A DNA stretch of 64,000 nt from Podarcis filfolensis. Its lineage: Eukaryota. Location: the NCBI GenBank assembly GCA_964270895.1, contig OZ185439.1; one strand, written 5' to 3'. Below the pieces are notes generated by a model. The model was not told the origin of the DNA. It did not search any database and worked only from the letters and a program-made list of their open reading frames with translations. The translations under genes and the position numbers were made by a program. Position 1 is the first letter of the stretch, and every line of letters begins with the position of its first letter. Below, in pieces: positions 61,356-64,000 of the stretch.

Positions 61356-61586
61356 CAGTGGTACATCAGGTTACATACGCTTCAGGTTACATACGCTTCA
61401 GGTTACAGACTCCACCAACCCAGAAATAGTACCTTGGGTTAAGAACTTTGCTTCAGGATGAGAACAGAAATCGTGTGGCAGCAGCAGGAGGCCCCATTAG
61501 CTAAAGTGGCACCTCAGGTTAAGAACAGTTTCAGGTTAAGAACGGAACTCTGGAACGAATTAAGTACTTAACCCGAGGTACCACTG
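61356..61586. mobile_element. Tc1/mariner MITE, same family as 54087-54310, opposite orientation
   Basis: TIR CAGTGGTAC..GGTTA/TAACCCGAGGTACCACTG; TA TSDs; internal sequence is the reverse complement of 54087-54310. Confidence 0.88.
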
Positions 61587-64000
61587 TATACCTAAAATCC
61601 GTTGCTTATTAGGGGCCACCCCACATTTTGTTCAAAACATTGCTTTGCAGAGGTAACTCCCATAAAGTTATCAAAATTTTCAAAAGTCCAGGAGGTCCGT
61701 GGCTTGGCTTTTGAAAAATAGGGGGTCCTCAGAAATTAGCTAATTGGGAACATAGCATGGCACCCCTGTACGAAAGGAAACAAACATGGTTTTACCCACA
61801 AATGCACTTTACCCAAATCCTGCTGACAGAATGGAAATCAGCCACCGTGTCCTTGCACCAACCTTTGGGTGACCTTCCAGGGACATTCTAGAAGCCACTG
61901 GAAAGAATTTCTCATTGTATTATCTAGGAGTTTCCAAGGAATTAGTCAGCAGGCTGGAATCGGGCTGCTTCCCCACCCCCGCCATCTCTGGAGCTGGACC
62001 GATCCGAGAGAAATGTTGCCAGGGTGACAGCAAGATGTGATGGATGGGCGGAGAGTGGCTGTGGAGTGGCAGGGCTGCTGGTCAGTTACCCAGGCCTGTG
62101 TTTATAAGAAGGAAGAGGCTGTTTCCTGCAGCGAACATAATGCAGCTCTAAAAATGGCAAGGGAAATACATCATGTGAGGGGAGGGCTGCTGGGGAGCTG
62201 AGGACCAGAGCGAGTCTGCAGGTCAAGGTGCCTCTGACAGGCCTTTTTAATAGGCTGTTTGCGTGAGAGTTTGCTGCTGTTTCTCTGGAGCCTGATGGCA
62301 GCTGAAGGGACAGCCAGGATTCGGGAAGGGCTGCTCTAAATTACCTCTTTCCAGGGCGTGCTGATTTATTTAGAAAATAAATAACCAATACTCTCTATTG
62401 TTTAATGGCTGTCAATGACAATCCCTCCCTGGTGCAGCGGTCTTCTGTCGAACAGGGAGCGCCGGTCTCTGAGTCCTGGTATCGTGGACAGAGTTCATCT
62501 GTCAAGGAAACTGCAAGATGAATTTTGCTCCCAATGGAACAGTGCGCTGCCATACCCTTATCCTCCCCTGCCTTTACTTTGGCTGACTCAGCCCTGGAGG
62601 CAGGGAGTCCAATCCATCAGCCCAAACAGAGGAAACAGGGTCCTCAGTTCCTTTATCACCCTGTGCACCTTATAGCGCAGCTGTACATTAAATGGGTTTC
62701 CCACAACATGCTGTAATTATGAAAGGGCCATGCATTCATACGGACTTTATCTGAGACCACAAAGCCATTTCCCCTTAAATTTGATCTTTTCCCCTGCAAA
62801 AGCACTCCAGGAGTTGGTGCTGGTAGAATTGAGGGCCAGTCTCAGCAACAACAGCTAAATACCATTTTACAATGCCAGGACAGATTGCAGCACTACTCCA
62901 TCCCTTTACACAGAATAATAGACCGCATGGTAGGCGTGGCACATGGTGATGGAGATGCATTTCCCATTCTTGTTTCAAGATGATTAAGTAAAACCAAATC
63001 CTGCTTTTCTAACAAAGCCTCAAGGTGTCTTCCATGAACAGCTCACAACAATTCATATAATGCAAAAATTCCTTCTGTTGCAAATTAACACTGCCCACCC
63101 TTTGCTTTTCTGCTCTGATGCTCAATGTTTCTTCTTCGTGTGTTGCTTTTTTCCTTTGCAATTCTACTGCAAGCTGCATTTCGTTGCTGTTTGAGAACCT
63201 TTAGAAAGTTGAGATGTCTGCCAGTTAAGATGGAACGTTCTCTTAGGGTGTCTGTGTCTTGGGAAGAAAAGACAAGAAGTTGTAGCTCCAGCACTGGGGT
63301 GAGGACCCTTTTTCAAACTGAGGGCCACATTCTCAATGCGGCAGCCTTCCAGGGCCCATGTGTGGCAAAAATGAGCAAAGTAACTAATGCAAATTTTACC
63401 TTTGTAAAGTAGGGCAGTTTCTTCACACACCCCTCTCTACCCTGCCTCAAGGCAACCAAGAGGCATCATCAGAGTTCAAGGGGACATTTTAGTAGGGCTG
63501 ATGAGGGATGATGCCTGGATAGAGGTGATGTGTCTTAGGTGGAGTTTGAGTCTCAAGAGCCAGATAGAAAGGTGTGGAGGGTCACATCTGGCCCCCAGGA
63601 TTGAAGTTCCTCACCTCTGTTCAGGTACAATGAGCAGAACCAGCTCAGTTCTTTTCTTTCTCCAGCCACTGGGATCTGGCAGGTGAGTAGAATGAAATTC
63701 TGCTGGGCATCTGGAATGATGAGCACTCACGGTAGCTGCTCAATGTTAGAGTTGTTCAGTGAAATCCCTGATCTGGAATTCTTTCCACTGCAAGAATGCG
63801 CTTCCAAGCTTTACTGCAAAACAGTCTTAAATACTCTTTACAATATGATACATGTTACAAAATAACAAAACAATCCACAGCAAGCAAGCAATGAGGTTGT
63901 CCTTTATGAGGTTCAGTAAATTTCCCTCTTTCTGGTCCCAGAGGGAAATCCTAAGCTTGTTCATCATTGCAGAACATCTCTGCAACCCACTGCTTCTACC

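Noticed and set aside
52960-64000. Search for GOT1 or other exons expected beyond NKX2-3
   Set aside because: No ORF resembles GOT1 or any recognisable protein; the gene presumably lies beyond the window.

Overview
Vertebrate genomic DNA from a squamate reptile, probably a lacertid lizard (Sauria SINE, BovB, CR1, L2 and lizard-type hAT/mariner MITEs). It is the region syntenic with human 10q24.2. Six protein-coding genes were rebuilt by hand from GT-AG junctions and reading phase: CUTC (-, first 4 coding exons, runs off the left edge), COX15 (+, 9 exons, 406 aa), ATP6V0E2 (+, 3 coding exons, 81 aa), ENTPD7 (-, 12 coding exons, 607 aa), SLC25A28/mitoferrin-2 (+, 4 exons, 362 aa) and NKX2-3 (-, 2 exons, 316 aa). 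The last ~22 kb is gene-free NKX2-3 upstream sequence. Two features stand out. (1) Between SLC25A28 and NKX2-3 (about 36.08-36.36 kb, minus strand) is what looks like a frameshifted relic of an NK3-class homeobox gene, probably nkx3-3/zax. It has homeodomain, KKVAVKVLVR-like and YCL-G-like remnants in the right order, position and orientation, and an orphan CpG island upstream. (2) ATP6V0E2 lies between COX15 and ENTPD7, whereas in human it is on 7q36. No prokaryotic systems, CRISPR arrays, rRNA or true tRNA genes were seen. All alignments were done by eye from remembered orthologue sequences, with no database searches.
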